A stretch of 64,000 nucleotides of DNA from Phormidium sp. (GCA_051013385.1 CP143273.1:544001-608000); one strand, 5' to 3'; positions 37,943-49,692 are shown, counted from the first letter of the stretch. Numbers and translations are program-made. The notes: generated by a model not told the origin, from the sequence alone.

Positions 37943-39943
37943 ATGCAAATACCTCGCCTGCATCCAGACACGATCGAACAAGTTAAACAACGGGCTGATA
38001 TCGTAGAAGTCATCTCGGAAAAAGTTGTTTTACGCAAACGTGGCAAAGATTTCCAAGGTTTATGTCCTTTCCATGACGAAAAATCTCCCAGTTTTAGCGT
38101 CAGTCCCCACAAGCAAATGTATTATTGCTTCGGTTGTCAAGCTGGGGGAAATGTAATTACGTTCCTCATGGAACTAGAAAAACAATCTTTTGCTGATGTC
38201 GTGTTAAATTTGGCGCGACGCTATTCCATTCCAGTGCAAACATTGGAACCGGAACAACGTCAAGAACTGCAACGCCAACTAACTTTAAGAGAACAATTAT
38301 TTGAAATTCTGGCAGTAACAGCGGCGTTTTATCAACACGCTTTGTATCAACCTTCAGGAAAAGTAGCTTTAGAATATTTGCGATCGCAACGACAGTTAAA
38401 TGAGGAAACAATTAAGAAGTTTCAGTTAGGTTATGCGCCTTTCGGTTGGGAAACTCTTTACAGATATTTGGTAGAACAAAAGGGTTTTTCGGTACAATTG
38501 GTAGAACAAGCGGGATTGATTCGTCGGCGCAAAGAGTCGCAAGTTAGCTATTATGATTATTTTCGCGATCGCCTAATTATTCCCATTCACGATCTCCAAG
38601 GTAGAATCATCGGTTTTGGTGGTAGAACTCTCAGCGACGAACAACCAAAGTATCTCAACTCTCCCGACACGCAACTATTTAATAAAGGTAAAACTCTGTT
38701 TGCTTTGGATAAAGCGAAAGATGCGATTTCCAAGCAAGATTTAGCAGTAGTGGTGGAAGGTTATTTTGATGCGATCGCACTCCACGCCAATGGCATTACT
38801 AACGCCGTCGCCTCCTTGGGAACCGCCTTAAGTTTAGACCAAGTAAAACTACTTTTACGCTACAACGAATCCAAACAATTAGTTTTAAATTTCGATGCAG
38901 ACAAAGCTGGTAATACCGCAGCAAAAAGAGCGATCGGAGAAATCGCAAACTTAGCTTATCGGGGAGAAATTCAACTTCGCATTCTCAACCTTCCCAATGG
39001 TAAAGATGCTGATGAATACTTAAGAACATATTCCGCAGAACAATATCAAAATTTATTAAATGAAGCGCCTTTATGGTTAGCTTGGCAAATTGAACAATTA
39101 TTAGAAGCTAAAGACCTCAAACAAGCAAATCAATATCAGCAAATTGCCGAAGAAATGGTGAAAATTCTTAGTAGCATCATCGATGATAATCAGCTAACTC
39201 ATTATATTAATCAATGCGCCGAACGCTTGTGCAAAGGTGATTCTCGGCAAATCCCATTAATTTCTCAAAATCTCCTCAACAAAGTTGTTCAACATTGGAA
39301 AGCACTATGGCGCAATAATGAATCTCTACAAATGCCGTTATTGGTAGAGAATATAGTTAAACGTAACTATCCCCAAACAAAACCCCAACTTCGCATTGTT
39401 AAAAATCAAACTGCTGACGCAGAAAAAGTAGTTACAACACAGCGAGACGACCTTTTAAAAATCGCTGAAGCTTTATTGTTACGTCTTTATATTCACTGTC
39501 CCGAACATCGCCAAGATATCATCGATCGTTTAGAAAAACAGGAACTAGAATTTAGCTTTTCCCATCATCGGTTTTTATGGCAGCAAATTCGCGAAATTGA
39601 TATTAATTTAAGTTTGGAAAATCTCATTTCTAAACTGCAAGATAAAGCAGTGGAATTTCCCAAAGAAATGGCGCAAGCTTCCCGCCTCTTTATTTTAGAT
39701 GAAATGGCAGAGAAAGACTTGGAACGAGCAGGGGAATTAATCAAAGCTGCGATCGCACGCATGGAACAAATTATCTGCGAAAAACAATCGCGCCAATTTT
39801 TAGCACTTTTGGAAAAAACCGACAGTTCTACAGACCCAGAACTTCCGAAAAAATATTACCAAGAATTCCTACACTATAAACAACGGAGTATGGAATTAGA
39901 GCAACAATGCCAAGTTTCCATCTCCGATTTATTACAACTTTAA
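37943..39943 (+). CDS. dnaG: DNA primase
   Basis: CPFH..CFGC zinc finger, KYLNSP, VEGYFD, FDADKAG, KDADE. Confidence 0.98.
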   Translation: MQIPRLHPDTIEQVKQRADIVEVISEKVVLRKRGKDFQGLCPFHDEKSPSFSVSPHKQMYYCFGCQAGGNVITFLMELEKQSFADVVLNLARRYSIPVQTLEPEQRQELQRQLTLREQLFEILAVTAAFYQHALYQPSGKVALEYLRSQRQLNEETIKKFQLGYAPFGWETLYRYLVEQKGFSVQLVEQAGLIRRRKESQVSYYDYFRDRLIIPIHDLQGRIIGFGGRTLSDEQPKYLNSPDTQLFNKGKTLFALDKAKDAISKQDLAVVVEGYFDAIALHANGITNAVASLGTALSLDQVKLLLRYNESKQLVLNFDADKAGNTAAKRAIGEIANLAYRGEIQLRILNLPNGKDADEYLRTYSAEQYQNLLNEAPLWLAWQIEQLLEAKDLKQANQYQQIAEEMVKILSSIIDDNQLTHYINQCAERLCKGDSRQIPLISQNLLNKVVQHWKALWRNNESLQMPLLVENIVKRNYPQTKPQLRIVKNQTADAEKVVTTQRDDLLKIAEALLLRLYIHCPEHRQDIIDRLEKQELEFSFSHHRFLWQQIREIDINLSLENLISKLQDKAVEFPKEMAQASRLFILDEMAEKDLERAGELIKAAIARMEQIICEKQSRQFLALLEKTDSSTDPELPKKYYQEFLHYKQRSMELEQQCQVSISDLLQL

Positions 39944-40449
39944 GGGCACATTAAAGTTTCGCGGGTATCACGTCCGGTAACAGGATTAGTACCTGTAGCA
40001 ATTTTACAAAGGAATTCTAGCTGATCGTCCCGGAATAAAACATCCGTGAAATCAGCGCCTTCAATATTTGCGCCTTCAAACTTAGCATTGAAAGCAAAAG
40101 CGCCTTCTAAAATCGCATCCTTCAAATTAGCTTTGGTAAAACGAGCAGTTGCGATCGTCGAATATGAAAGATCCGCACCTTCCAAATTAGCATATAAGAA
40201 GTTAGCCCCGTAAAGACTCACTCCCCGCAAATTTGAATGGCTAAAATCGCTACTGCGGAGATTTGCTTTAGTAAAGCTAGAATCCGTTAACTCCCGATTA
40301 GAGAAATCTGCACCCACCAGAGCCTCGTTGTTATAATCCAATGCTAGAACTGGAGTCGCAGTTCCGACAAAAGCTACTAAGCAAATTACTGCCCAGAGCC
40401 ATAAACTGAGTAATATCCTGGAAATCCGCTTGTCTAGTCGAAAATTCAT
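39940..40449 (-). CDS. Pentapeptide-repeat protein with signal peptide
   Basis: A(N/D)Lxx repeats; [17 protein letters not shown]. Confidence 0.92.
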   Translation of the reverse strand: MNFRLDKRISRILLSLWLWAVICLVAFVGTATPVLALDYNNEALVGADFSNRELTDSSFTKANLRSSDFSHSNLRGVSLYGANFLYANLEGADLSYSTIATARFTKANLKDAILEGAFAFNAKFEGANIEGADFTDVLFRDDQLEFLCKIATGTNPVTGRDTRETLMCP

Positions 40450-40463
40450 GCTGCTTACAGTAA

Positions 40464-40976
40464 ATGGCGAATCGTTCAGTATCTAATTATCCCGATTTCG
40501 GTGCATTAGGAGAAGACCTAGTTGCACAATGGTTGCAGGAACAAGGTTGCGTTATTCTCCATCGCCGCTGGCGCTGTCGTTGGGGAGAGTTAGACATCAT
40601 CGCCGAAAATCAGTCAAATTTATTGCTGTTTGTCGAAGTCAAAACACGGAGTCGCGGAAATTGGGATCACGATGGTTTATTATCTATTACCCCCCAAAAA
40701 CAAGCTAAACTCTGGCAAACAGCACAATTGTTTCTCGCTTCAGGAAATTTCGCCGAGAAAATCTGTAGATTTGATGTCGCTTTAGTTACTTGTCAAAAAG
40801 TAAAGAGTAATTTATCTCAACAAACCAATTCTGACTGTAGTGTTACTACTAATTATTCTTGCTTTAGCCCCTTAAAAAATACAGATGACTTCATTCAACA
40901 GTCAACTGCACATTTTGCGGAATACCAACTCGTTTTACAACACTACATTGAGTCAGCATTAAACTTTGATTTTTAA
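40464..40976 (+). CDS. YraN (UPF0102) family protein
   Basis: [25 protein letters not shown]. Confidence 0.92.
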   Translation: MANRSVSNYPDFGALGEDLVAQWLQEQGCVILHRRWRCRWGELDIIAENQSNLLLFVEVKTRSRGNWDHDGLLSITPQKQAKLWQTAQLFLASGNFAEKICRFDVALVTCQKVKSNLSQQTNSDCSVTTNYSCFSPLKNTDDFIQQSTAHFAEYQLVLQHYIESALNFDF

Positions 40977-41059
40977 TTTGTCATCTATCTAAAGTCTTAT
41001 CTTGTCAATCTTTTTTTTCTGACTTATGACTGATGACAAATCGCCAAAAACATTAAGTG

Positions 41060-41449
41060 TTAAGCCAAAGTTTCTGGGCAATATCCTAACCCATTGACAA
41101 ACTGCTTACGGAATGTCTCAATTTCTTCTTTGTCAGGTCTACCATGAGACACAATTGCTACTTGATAACGGCGCATTACTTCGATCGGTGGTTCGCCTGC
41201 ATCCAAACTCCAAAGCGCCATCTTCACGCGCACTTCGGGTTGGTAAGGAATGCCTAATTCACTAAGATAAGCTCTAAAATTGCCGTCTAGATAAGAGTCT
41301 AGTTCCTTGCTCATTTTTACTTTAATTACCCAACCGTCAATTTGGTGCAGAACGGTTACAGAGTAGAGGGGAAGTTGGTTATTTTTGTGTAAAAACTCAA
41401 CTACTCTTTGGGTAAGACTGGCGTTAGCTAAGAAGTACAGGTAATCCAT
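41060..41449 (-). CDS. Conserved cyanobacterial hypothetical protein
   Basis: MDYLYFLANASLT...FVNGLGYCPETLA. Confidence 0.8.
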   Translation of the reverse strand: MDYLYFLANASLTQRVVEFLHKNNQLPLYSVTVLHQIDGWVIKVKMSKELDSYLDGNFRAYLSELGIPYQPEVRVKMALWSLDAGEPPIEVMRRYQVAIVSHGRPDKEEIETFRKQFVNGLGYCPETLA

Positions 41450-41823
41450 AAGGGGTGCTTGGGGGGAAAGCAAATGCTACACCTTATATTGTCACTAAAA
41501 AAGAAGAATTTATATAGGGTTAAATCCCCCAAAGTTACTTGGGTAGGTTTACCCAATTTAGTTGCTAATCTTTCCCGCTTTATTAAGATAATAAAATCAA
41601 CTATCGCCAGGTAGAATAAAAACTTTACAAAAGTATAAATATATGTCAATTCTTACTCTCACTCAGCTTGAAAGATGTTGAATTAGGAGCCAAATTAAAT
41701 TGAGGCTCTTTATATCATTAATATCTCATACTCCGAGAGAAATTTCAAAATTTTTTCAAGTATGTAAAAGGAAAGGGATTTTAACGAGTTAAATTAATAA
41801 CTATATCTGAACTGAAATCTTGC

Positions 41824-42957
41824 ATGAACCAGCCAAAACCTGCATCCTTTTTATCTTCCAGTCCTGTTGGGGAAAGCAACGAAGACCTCTTATTATCTGC
41901 TTATGACTATCAACTTCCTGAAGAGCGCATCGCCCAAAATCCAGTCACACCAAGGGATAGCGCTCGCTTGTTGGTAGTTGATTCCCCCACAGAACACAGC
42001 GATCGCGTTTTTCGCGATTTAGTAGAATTGCTCCTCCCGGGAGATTTACTAGTGATGAATAACACTCGTGTGATTCATGCTAGACTTTACGGACGTAAAT
42101 CTACTGGCGCACCAGTGGAGATTTTACTACTCCAAGAGCAACAGAATAACTGTTGGTTAGCTTTGGTAAAACCAGGTAGACGCTTACTACCGGGAGCAGA
42201 AATTTATTTGGAAGCCAAAAATTCTTTAGATCGGCAGCCTGATTTTATTTTAACTGCAAAAATTTTGGAAAAGGATGAAGCCACAGGCGGGCGAATTTTG
42301 AAATTTGAATTACCGGAAGGAAAATCTTTAATTCCAGTTTTAGATCAGTTTGGTCATGTACCTTTACCTCCTTATATTAAAGAGTCGCAATCTCTTGCAG
42401 AACAGTACCAAACTGTTTATGCACAGTCTCCTGGCTCAGTAGCAGCGCCAACAGCTGGGTTACACTTTACTCCTGAGTTATTGGAGAAATTAACAGCGAA
42501 AGGAATTGAACAAACTTTTGTCACCTTGCATATTGGCGTAGGTACTTTTCGACCTGTGGAGGTAGAAAAAATTACTAATCACCAAATGCACGGGGAATGG
42601 GTAGAGATTCCAGAGACGACAGTGGCAAAAATTCAGGAGGCTAAGGCTAGAGGGGGTAGAATTATTGCGGTGGGAACGACAGCAGTGCGTTCTTTAGAAG
42701 GAGCAGCGCAAAATGGGGAATTACGACCTTTTTGTGGTCAAACTGAATTGTTTATTTATCCCGGTTATAAATGGCGTGTGGTGGAGGGATTGATTACGAA
42801 TTTTCATTTACCACGTTCTAGTTTAATGATGCTGGTTAGTGCTTTGGTGGGAAGGAAGAGGTTGTTGTCTTTGTATGAAGATGCGATCGCACAAAATTAC
42901 CGCTTTTACTCTTTTGGCGATGCTATGCTGATTTTGCCAGAAGCCTGGATTAATTAA
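41824..42957 (+). CDS. queA: S-adenosylmethionine:tRNA ribosyltransferase-isomerase
   Basis: LPEERIAQ, PLPPYI, AAPTAGLHF, TNFHLPRS, YRFYSFGDAM. Confidence 0.98.
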   Translation: MNQPKPASFLSSSPVGESNEDLLLSAYDYQLPEERIAQNPVTPRDSARLLVVDSPTEHSDRVFRDLVELLLPGDLLVMNNTRVIHARLYGRKSTGAPVEILLLQEQQNNCWLALVKPGRRLLPGAEIYLEAKNSLDRQPDFILTAKILEKDEATGGRILKFELPEGKSLIPVLDQFGHVPLPPYIKESQSLAEQYQTVYAQSPGSVAAPTAGLHFTPELLEKLTAKGIEQTFVTLHIGVGTFRPVEVEKITNHQMHGEWVEIPETTVAKIQEAKARGGRIIAVGTTAVRSLEGAAQNGELRPFCGQTELFIYPGYKWRVVEGLITNFHLPRSSLMMLVSALVGRKRLLSLYEDAIAQNYRFYSFGDAMLILPEAWIN

Positions 42958-43030
42958 AATTTAGTGGTTTGTTAACTTAATGTTAACCAATTTTGTCCAC
43001 CTTGAACTATAATTCTCTCATCAGCCGAAT

Positions 43031-43960
43031 ATGTTGAAACAGATCTTTTATAGTCATCTACTTGTCATTGTTACCACTGCGTTATTCACACCTATTGCTG
43101 TGGGTAAGCCTGCTATTAGTTTGCCAGGAACAAAACAGCTAATTCAAGGTGTTTATACTCAAGATTTGGAAGCAGCGGGTTATTTTCAACAAGGAGTTAG
43201 CAATTACAGTGAGGGAAATTTAGCCGCAGCTTATTCCGCTTTTCAAAAAGCAGTGGAACGCGACCCTAGTATTGCGATGGCTTATCATTATATGGGAAAT
43301 GTGTTGTTGCAAAATGGGCGGAATGCAGATGCGATCGCAGAATTTTCTAAAGCCATTCAATTAGATCCTTCTTTAGCCGAAGCTCATTACAATTTAGGCA
43401 TAGCATTGTATCGCCAAGGTAGATTAGATGATGCGATCGCAGCTTACCAACGTTCCATTGCCATTAATTCCCGTAACCCTAATGCTTACTACAATATGGG
43501 AGTAGCATTGTACGAGCAAAAACAGTTAGATGGTGCAATTGATGCTTATCGTCAAGCGATCGCTCTCAATCCCAAAAATGTCAACGCTTTGTTAAATTTA
43601 GCCATAGCTTTAGAGCAACAAGGAAACTTTGATGAGGCGATAGAAGCTTACCAAAGAGTCACAGTTCTCGATCCTAAATTAGTGAAAGCACAAATTAGTT
43701 TAGCGAATCTTTTAGTCCAACAAGATCGTCCAGAAGAAGCGATCGCAGCTTACAACGAAGCAATTCGTCGTCAGCCAAAAGATCCCGTTACTCACTACAA
43801 TTTAGGTATGCTGTTGTACGAGGAAGGTAAATTAGAAAATGCCCTCTCATCCTTAAGAAGAGCTAGGAAAATTTATGAAGACCAAGGTAACAACTCCAAG
43901 GCGACAGAACTTACCGAATTAATCAATCAAATTAAACAAAGATTGGAGACTAAAAAATAA
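43031..43960 (+). CDS. Exported TPR-repeat protein
   Basis: Signal peptide plus about 7 canonical TPRs. Confidence 0.92.
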   Translation: MLKQIFYSHLLVIVTTALFTPIAVGKPAISLPGTKQLIQGVYTQDLEAAGYFQQGVSNYSEGNLAAAYSAFQKAVERDPSIAMAYHYMGNVLLQNGRNADAIAEFSKAIQLDPSLAEAHYNLGIALYRQGRLDDAIAAYQRSIAINSRNPNAYYNMGVALYEQKQLDGAIDAYRQAIALNPKNVNALLNLAIALEQQGNFDEAIEAYQRVTVLDPKLVKAQISLANLLVQQDRPEEAIAAYNEAIRRQPKDPVTHYNLGMLLYEEGKLENALSSLRRARKIYEDQGNNSKATELTELINQIKQRLETKK

Positions 43961-43992
43961 GTAAAACTCCATTTTTAGTCGGCAAAATTCAG

Positions 43993-44688
43993 TTAAATTG
44001 GTAGGCGATTGATATCTTTATTAGAACCAATCACTACCATTGCTGAACCTTTTTCTAATCGTTTGTTGGGGTTAGGATTAATTTCAAACTTGCCATCCTG
44101 ACTGACAGCCAACATATTCACACCGTAGCGATTCCGCAGTTGTAATTCTGCTATAGTTTTACCGTGAAATCCATCGGGAATAATCAATTCCACGATACTA
44201 TTTTCCGGGTCTAGCTCAAATCTTTCGATGATGTTTGGTTTAGTTAAAGCTCGCGCCAAATTACAACCAGCTTCATGTTCTGGATAAATTACATGATCTG
44301 CACCAACTCTTTTTAAAAGCTTCACATGAACTTCCGAAGAAGCTTTGGCTACCACATGAGGAACACCAGCTTCCTTTAAATTGAGAGTGGTAATAATGCT
44401 TTCTTCTAGATAATTCCCGATCGCCACTATCACCGTATCAAACTCAAAAATTCCTGATTCTTTGAGTGCTGAAGGTTCAGTAGAATCTAGCTGCACCGCA
44501 TGAGAAAGTACCTGATCGGTTAATGCTTGGGAAACTCTTTTTTCATCTAAATCTGTTCCCATTACTTCGTATCCCATTTTATACAAGCTGGAACAGACAG
44601 CCCTACCAAAACGACCTAAACCAATTACAGCAAACTGGTTATTTCCTTTACGTAAATTGCGGAAAAAATTCAACGATGAAAGACTCAT
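43993..44688 (-). CDS. ktrA: Ktr/Trk K+ uptake NAD-binding subunit
   Basis: VIGLGRFG RCK_N plus RCK_C; adjacent to the membrane subunit. Confidence 0.92.
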   Translation of the reverse strand: MSLSSLNFFRNLRKGNNQFAVIGLGRFGRAVCSSLYKMGYEVMGTDLDEKRVSQALTDQVLSHAVQLDSTEPSALKESGIFEFDTVIVAIGNYLEESIITTLNLKEAGVPHVVAKASSEVHVKLLKRVGADHVIYPEHEAGCNLARALTKPNIIERFELDPENSIVELIIPDGFHGKTIAELQLRNRYGVNMLAVSQDGKFEINPNPNKRLEKGSAMVVIGSNKDINRLPI

Positions 44689-44755
44689 AATTTATGGTGA
44701 ATTTGAATTGATGGCTATTACTTTTTAGGCTAACAAAGTATGGGCAATATAAACA

Positions 44756-46090
44756 TTATCCCACTAAAAGAGTTTCTTCTGGATAATGCACTGATTTAGG
44801 ACGGGGATCTCCTAACAACGCTGCCATCAACAATAAAACTCCTACCCGACCGATGTACATAGTGGAAATTATCAGTAACTTTCCCACTACTGAGAGCTTA
44901 GCAGTAATTCCCGTCGAAAGACCGACTGTACCAAAAGCTGAGACAACTTCAAACAGAATTTGCAAAAAGTCGAATTCTCGATCGCTGAGGGAAATCAAAA
45001 TTGTCATTAGCAACACAGTAGTAATTGAACCAATCAATACACCAACCGCTTTTAAAATCAACGAAATTGCTATTTCGCGTTTATAGAGAACAACTTCTTC
45101 TTGCCCTTGTAAAATTGCTTTCGTTGCACTAGTGAGAATGCGAACAGTTGTAGTTTTTATCCCCCCGCCTGTACCTCCCGGACTAGCACCAAGAAACATC
45201 AGAGAAATAGTTAAAAATAACCCAGCAGTGGTCATTTTTCCGATATCAATCGTGTTAAATCCCGCAGTTCTGGGAGTTACAGATTGGAACCAAGCATTGA
45301 GTACTTTTTCCCCAAAATTCATCGGCCCAAATGTTCCTGGGTTTCTCCATTCGATAAAAAAGAAAGCAATTGTGCCAAAGACTAAAAGTATGATAGTTGT
45401 GCTAGTCGCAACTTTAAAATTTAAAGAGAATCTAATACAAGCTTTTTTGCCTTGGATGCGATCGCGCATCCACAAGAAAAGCTCAAAAATCACCCCATAG
45501 CCAATGCCGCCAAAAATAATCAATCCCGACACTACAGCAACTAACAAAACTGAGGATTGAAAGCCAATCAAATTATCGTTAAACAAACTAAACCCAGCAT
45601 TATTCCAAGAATTAACACTGTGAAAAATTGACAGCCACAAACCTTTACTGAGTCCATACTTGGGAGCAAACACAGGCATTAATAAGAAAATCCCTGTAAT
45701 TTCAAAAATCATTGTAGTGGCGATAACTGAGCGAATTAATTGGGGAGCTTCTTGCAATCCTGGGCGATCTAAAGCTTGTTGAATTGCCATTTTATGCCGT
45801 AAATCAAACCTGCGCCCTACCAGCAAAATTAGAAAAGTTGTTGTTGTCATATACCCCAGTCCCCCAATTTGAACTAGAGCAACCATAAACAACTGTCCCC
45901 AGAAGGAAAAATAGGTTCCCGGATCGACCACTGAAAGCCCAGTCACACAAACCGCAGAGGTAGAGGTAAACAATGCCACAATGGGGTCATTCCAATTCCC
46001 ACTGCTAGTCGAGAAAGGCATCATTAATAGAAGCGCTCCGACAGTGATTACAGCCAGAAAACCTAAACAAATAGTTCTAGATATGGTCAT
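44756..46090 (-). CDS. ktrB: Ktr/TrkH K+ uptake membrane subunit
   Basis: SAVCVTGL, NNAGF, RTAGF, GGGIKTTT, SAFGTVGLS, GRVG. Confidence 0.93.
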   Translation of the reverse strand: MTISRTICLGFLAVITVGALLLMMPFSTSSGNWNDPIVALFTSTSAVCVTGLSVVDPGTYFSFWGQLFMVALVQIGGLGYMTTTTFLILLVGRRFDLRHKMAIQQALDRPGLQEAPQLIRSVIATTMIFEITGIFLLMPVFAPKYGLSKGLWLSIFHSVNSWNNAGFSLFNDNLIGFQSSVLLVAVVSGLIIFGGIGYGVIFELFLWMRDRIQGKKACIRFSLNFKVATSTTIILLVFGTIAFFFIEWRNPGTFGPMNFGEKVLNAWFQSVTPRTAGFNTIDIGKMTTAGLFLTISLMFLGASPGGTGGGIKTTTVRILTSATKAILQGQEEVVLYKREIAISLILKAVGVLIGSITTVLLMTILISLSDREFDFLQILFEVVSAFGTVGLSTGITAKLSVVGKLLIISTMYIGRVGVLLLMAALLGDPRPKSVHYPEETLLVG

Positions 46091-46235
46091 CGAGTGTTTA
46101 CTTAGTAGTCTTTTTGCAGCTTACTGCGTTTTGTGTACTTTAATCTAAAATCAAAAATCGAAAAATTAAAATCGAATGACCTCCTCTGTTAGGCTAATTG
46201 TTAATGTTACAGAACTTAACACAGAGACATCTTCT

Positions 46236-47084
46236 ATGCCATCTACCCTAAATCAAAGAATTCAGGAATTTTACGATGCTTCCTCTGGACTTTGGGAAAA
46301 AGTGTGGGGCGAACACATGCACCACGGTTACTATGGTTCGGAAGGAAACATCAAAAAGGAACGTCGTCAGGCGCAAATTGATTTGATTGAAGAACTCCTG
46401 AAATGGTCGGGAATACAGCAAGCTGAGAAAATTCTAGATGTTGGGTGCGGTATTGGGGGAAGTTCCTTATATTTGGCGCAAAAATATAATGCTACGGCTA
46501 CGGGAATTACCCTGAGTCCGGTTCAGGCTGCTAGGGCGACAGAACGGGCGGCGACAGCCGGAATGAGTGAAAAAACCCAGTTTTTAGTCGCAGATGCTTT
46601 GCAAATGCCTTTTGCTGATGCTTCTTTTGACTTTGTTTGGTCAATGGAAAGTGGCGAACACATGGCAGATAAAGAGCAATTTTTACGAGAATGTTATCGA
46701 GTATTAAAACCAGGTGGAACTTTTTTAATGGCTACTTGGTGTCATCGTCCAACTATGTCGCCAACTCAGCCATTAACGCCTGATGAACTACATCATTTGG
46801 CAGAAATTTATCAAGTTTATTGTTTACCATTCGTGATTTCTTTGCCAGAATATGAAGCGATCGCCAAAAATTTATCCTTCCACAACATCCGCACCGCAGA
46901 CTGGTCAAAAGCCGTCGCACCCTTTTGGAATGTCGTCATTGATTCAGTGTTTAATTTAGAAGCAATTATCGGCTTACTATTTTCCGGTTGGTCTACAATT
47001 CAAGGCGCAATGTCTCTGGGATTAATGCAGCGCGGATATGAACGCGGATTAATTAGATTCGGCTTACTCTGTGGCAACAAATAA
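46236..47084 (+). CDS. Gamma-tocopherol methyltransferase-like SAM methyltransferase
   Basis: WGEHMHHGYY, LDVGCGIGGS, SMESGEHM; adjacent to HPT; start may be 46176. Confidence 0.88.
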   Translation: MPSTLNQRIQEFYDASSGLWEKVWGEHMHHGYYGSEGNIKKERRQAQIDLIEELLKWSGIQQAEKILDVGCGIGGSSLYLAQKYNATATGITLSPVQAARATERAATAGMSEKTQFLVADALQMPFADASFDFVWSMESGEHMADKEQFLRECYRVLKPGGTFLMATWCHRPTMSPTQPLTPDELHHLAEIYQVYCLPFVISLPEYEAIAKNLSFHNIRTADWSKAVAPFWNVVIDSVFNLEAIIGLLFSGWSTIQGAMSLGLMQRGYERGLIRFGLLCGNK

Positions 47085-47093
47085 TCCCAAATT

Positions 47094-47185
47094 TACAAGC
47101 TGTAGAGACGTTTCATGAAACTACAAGCTGTAGAGACGTTTCATGAAACTACAAGCTGTAGAGACGTTTCATGAAACGTCTCTAC
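47094..47185 (+). repeat. Three 28-bp tandem units ending in the palindrome GTAGAGACGTTTCATGAAACGTCTCTAC
   Basis: Directly visible; related palindrome at ~49955-49982. Confidence 0.85.
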
Positions 47186-47314
47186 TACATTAATATACAC
47201 AGCATAAAAACTTCTATTTTAACAGAATTGATTGCCAATAAAAACCTCGATCGGAAGTTATCTTTTGATTAATATTTAGATTAAAATCAAGCGAGAAACC
47301 TGATTGAGAAAATA

Positions 47315-48298
47315 ATGAAAGAAATTAGACAAAAAACTTACTCATTTCCCGCTACAATTGTAGATTCTGCCAGTAACCAACCTGCAAAACCTTGGTTTTA
47401 TCCCTATTGGAAATTTTCCCGACCTCACACAGTCATTGGTACTACTTGCAGTGCGATCGGGCTGTATTTAATAGCGATCGCATCCGTAAATCACAATATT
47501 AACCTATCGCTACTGTGGCAATTGTTAGGCGCTTGGGTTGCTTGTCTTGGCGGCAACATTTACATAGTCGGATTAAATCAAATAGAAGACGTAGAAATTG
47601 ACAAAATCAATAAACCGCACTTGCCCTTAGCATCAGGAGAATTTACCCGCAAACAAGCAATCTTAATTATCAGCATTTCAGGAATTTTAGCCTTATTAAT
47701 AGCCGGATTAATGGGGCCATATCTCCTAGCAATGGTGGGAATTAGTTTAGCCATTGGCACAGCTTATTCCTTACCACCGATTAGATTAAAGCGATTTCCC
47801 TTTTGGGCAGCGATCTGTATTTTTACAGTGCGGGGAGCGATCGTCAACTTAGGACTATATCTACATTTTCGTTGGGTGTTGCAAGCCAAACAAATAATTC
47901 TTCCAGAAGTTTGGGCATTAACCTTATTTATTCTGGTGTTTACAATTGCGATCGCCATCTTTAAAGACATACCCGACCTCGAAGGCGACAAACAATACAA
48001 CATTACCACCTTCACCATTCAACTAGGACAAAAAACCGTCTTCAACCTCTCACTCTGGCTATTAAGCACCTGCTACTTAGGCATGATAATTGCGGGAATT
48101 TTGTGGCTACCTTCAGTTAATAGAATATTTCTAGTCATCACCCATCTGTTCACACTAGGCTTACTTTGGTGGCAAAGTCAAAAAGTAGATTTACCAGAGC
48201 AAACTGCGATCGGCAAATTCTATCAATTTATCTGGAAACTATTCTTCTTAGAATATCTCCTCTTTCCCCTAGCTTGCCTGCTCAAGTACAACAATTAA
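47315..48298 (+). CDS. Homogentisate phytyltransferase
   Basis: FSRPHT, GLNQIEDVEIDKINKPHLPLASG, FKDIPD, FYQFIWKLFF. Confidence 0.95.
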   Translation: MKEIRQKTYSFPATIVDSASNQPAKPWFYPYWKFSRPHTVIGTTCSAIGLYLIAIASVNHNINLSLLWQLLGAWVACLGGNIYIVGLNQIEDVEIDKINKPHLPLASGEFTRKQAILIISISGILALLIAGLMGPYLLAMVGISLAIGTAYSLPPIRLKRFPFWAAICIFTVRGAIVNLGLYLHFRWVLQAKQIILPEVWALTLFILVFTIAIAIFKDIPDLEGDKQYNITTFTIQLGQKTVFNLSLWLLSTCYLGMIIAGILWLPSVNRIFLVITHLFTLGLLWWQSQKVDLPEQTAIGKFYQFIWKLFFLEYLLFPLACLLKYNN

Positions 48299-48568
48299 CA
48301 ATTGACAGCATTACACTTAGCCGAATCAAAAACAGGTCATTCTTCAGGATGACCTATTATTCTATCCCAAGTTGGAGGAACCAATTTGGGATAGCTAGCA
48401 ATATTAAATCAAACCCAATAACTATCTTGGCTAAATTCGAGTATCTGCAAACCTTACTTTGTCAGAAAATGACTTAATTAAAAGTCAAAAGAGTTATTGG
48501 TAATCAAGCAAAAATACAAGTCCTTGCATCGACGATAACCTACTCGCCAGAAAGACCAGGAAAGATTA

Positions 48569-49060
48569 ATGGATAAAATACTTAGGAAAGGGAAAAAACT
48601 TACACAAACAGTAGCATTGCTGCTCACAACAACCTTAAGCGCACCAATACTTGCTTCTTGTGGAGGCTCAAATACAGCCAACCAAACTCCAGTTTACGAT
48701 AATCGTCCCACAGCACAAAATACTGCGAATAGAACTGCACCTGGAACACCCGCTAAACCCCAAGCCCGTCAAGGACTATCAACCGGACAAAAAGTAGCAA
48801 TTCTAGCTGGTGCGGCTGGACTTTATTATCTGTACAACCAGCACAAGAATAAACAAGAGCAAGGGGCAAAAGGCAGATATTATCTTTCCAAAAACGGGCG
48901 AGTCTATTATCGTGATGCTCAAGGTCGTGCTCAGTGGGTAACACCACCACCCGGAGGAATCAGAGTTCCAGAAGAACAAGCCCGACAATACCAAGACTTC
49001 CAAGGTTACAACGGAAGAACCACAGGCAGAGATCTCACAGACTTAGCTCCAGCACAATAA
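48569..49060 (+). CDS. Hypothetical lipoprotein
   Basis: LASC lipobox; YYLSKNGRVYYRD. Confidence 0.75.
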   Translation: MDKILRKGKKLTQTVALLLTTTLSAPILASCGGSNTANQTPVYDNRPTAQNTANRTAPGTPAKPQARQGLSTGQKVAILAGAAGLYYLYNQHKNKQEQGAKGRYYLSKNGRVYYRDAQGRAQWVTPPPGGIRVPEEQARQYQDFQGYNGRTTGRDLTDLAPAQ

Positions 49061-49188
49061 CCCATTTTGTAAGACTTTTCCGCATTAGTATCCAGCAAAG
49101 ATAAAGACCATTTGACAAATCAAGGCTATGTGGAAGTTCAACCATCTACACAGCCGTTTAACCAAAGCTTTAAATAGGAGAATGAATC

Positions 49189-49692
49189 ATGGTGGATGGA
49201 TTTTTCAGAAAAATCGGCGAAATCGCTTTTGGTTCCAATAATGACCAAGAGGATGAACAGGTATATCCAGCTAGCCAAGACCCTTATGGCGATCCCGCTG
49301 ATGTAGGAATGTATGGTGATGTGCGTCCTGCCAGTGAAGACCCCTACGGCGACCCCGCTGATGTAGGAATGTATGGTAATGTGCGTCCTGCCAGTGAAGA
49401 CCCCTACGGCGATCCAGCGGATACGGGGATGTTCGGTGATGTGCGTCCCGCCAGTGAAGACCCCTACGGCGATCCCGCTGATGTCGGAATGTTCGGTGAT
49501 GTGCGTCCTGCCAGTGAAGACCCTTACGGCGACCCAGCGGATATGGGAATGTCTGGCGGTGGTTATATGCCCGATCCTTATGCTGGCGACCCATATACCA
49601 ATCCCCAAGAAGAGGTAATGTCTCGCGGTGGTGAGTTTGGTGATGAAGACTACTACGAAGAGGAAGGCAACAATAGAAGGAATTCCTGGTAA
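49189..49692 (+). CDS. Acidic repeat protein with 20-aa repeats (VRPASEDPYGDPADxGMxGD)
   Basis: AGGAG upstream; about five 60-bp units (~49261-49550), variation mostly synonymous in this frame. Confidence 0.85.
   Translation: MVDGFFRKIGEIAFGSNNDQEDEQVYPASQDPYGDPADVGMYGDVRPASEDPYGDPADVGMYGNVRPASEDPYGDPADTGMFGDVRPASEDPYGDPADVGMFGDVRPASEDPYGDPADMGMSGGGYMPDPYAGDPYTNPQEEVMSRGGEFGDEDYYEEEGNNRRNSW

Noticed and set aside
47094..47185. 28-bp repeats as a CRISPR array
   Set aside because: Units are head-to-tail with no spacers, end in a REP-type palindrome, and no cas genes are present.
49261..49550. 60-bp periodic repeats as CRISPR; alternative ORFs 49138-49608, 49271-49732, 49373-49618
   Set aside because: The whole unit repeats with no unique spacers; variation is mostly synonymous in the 49189 frame, so the other ORFs are shadows.
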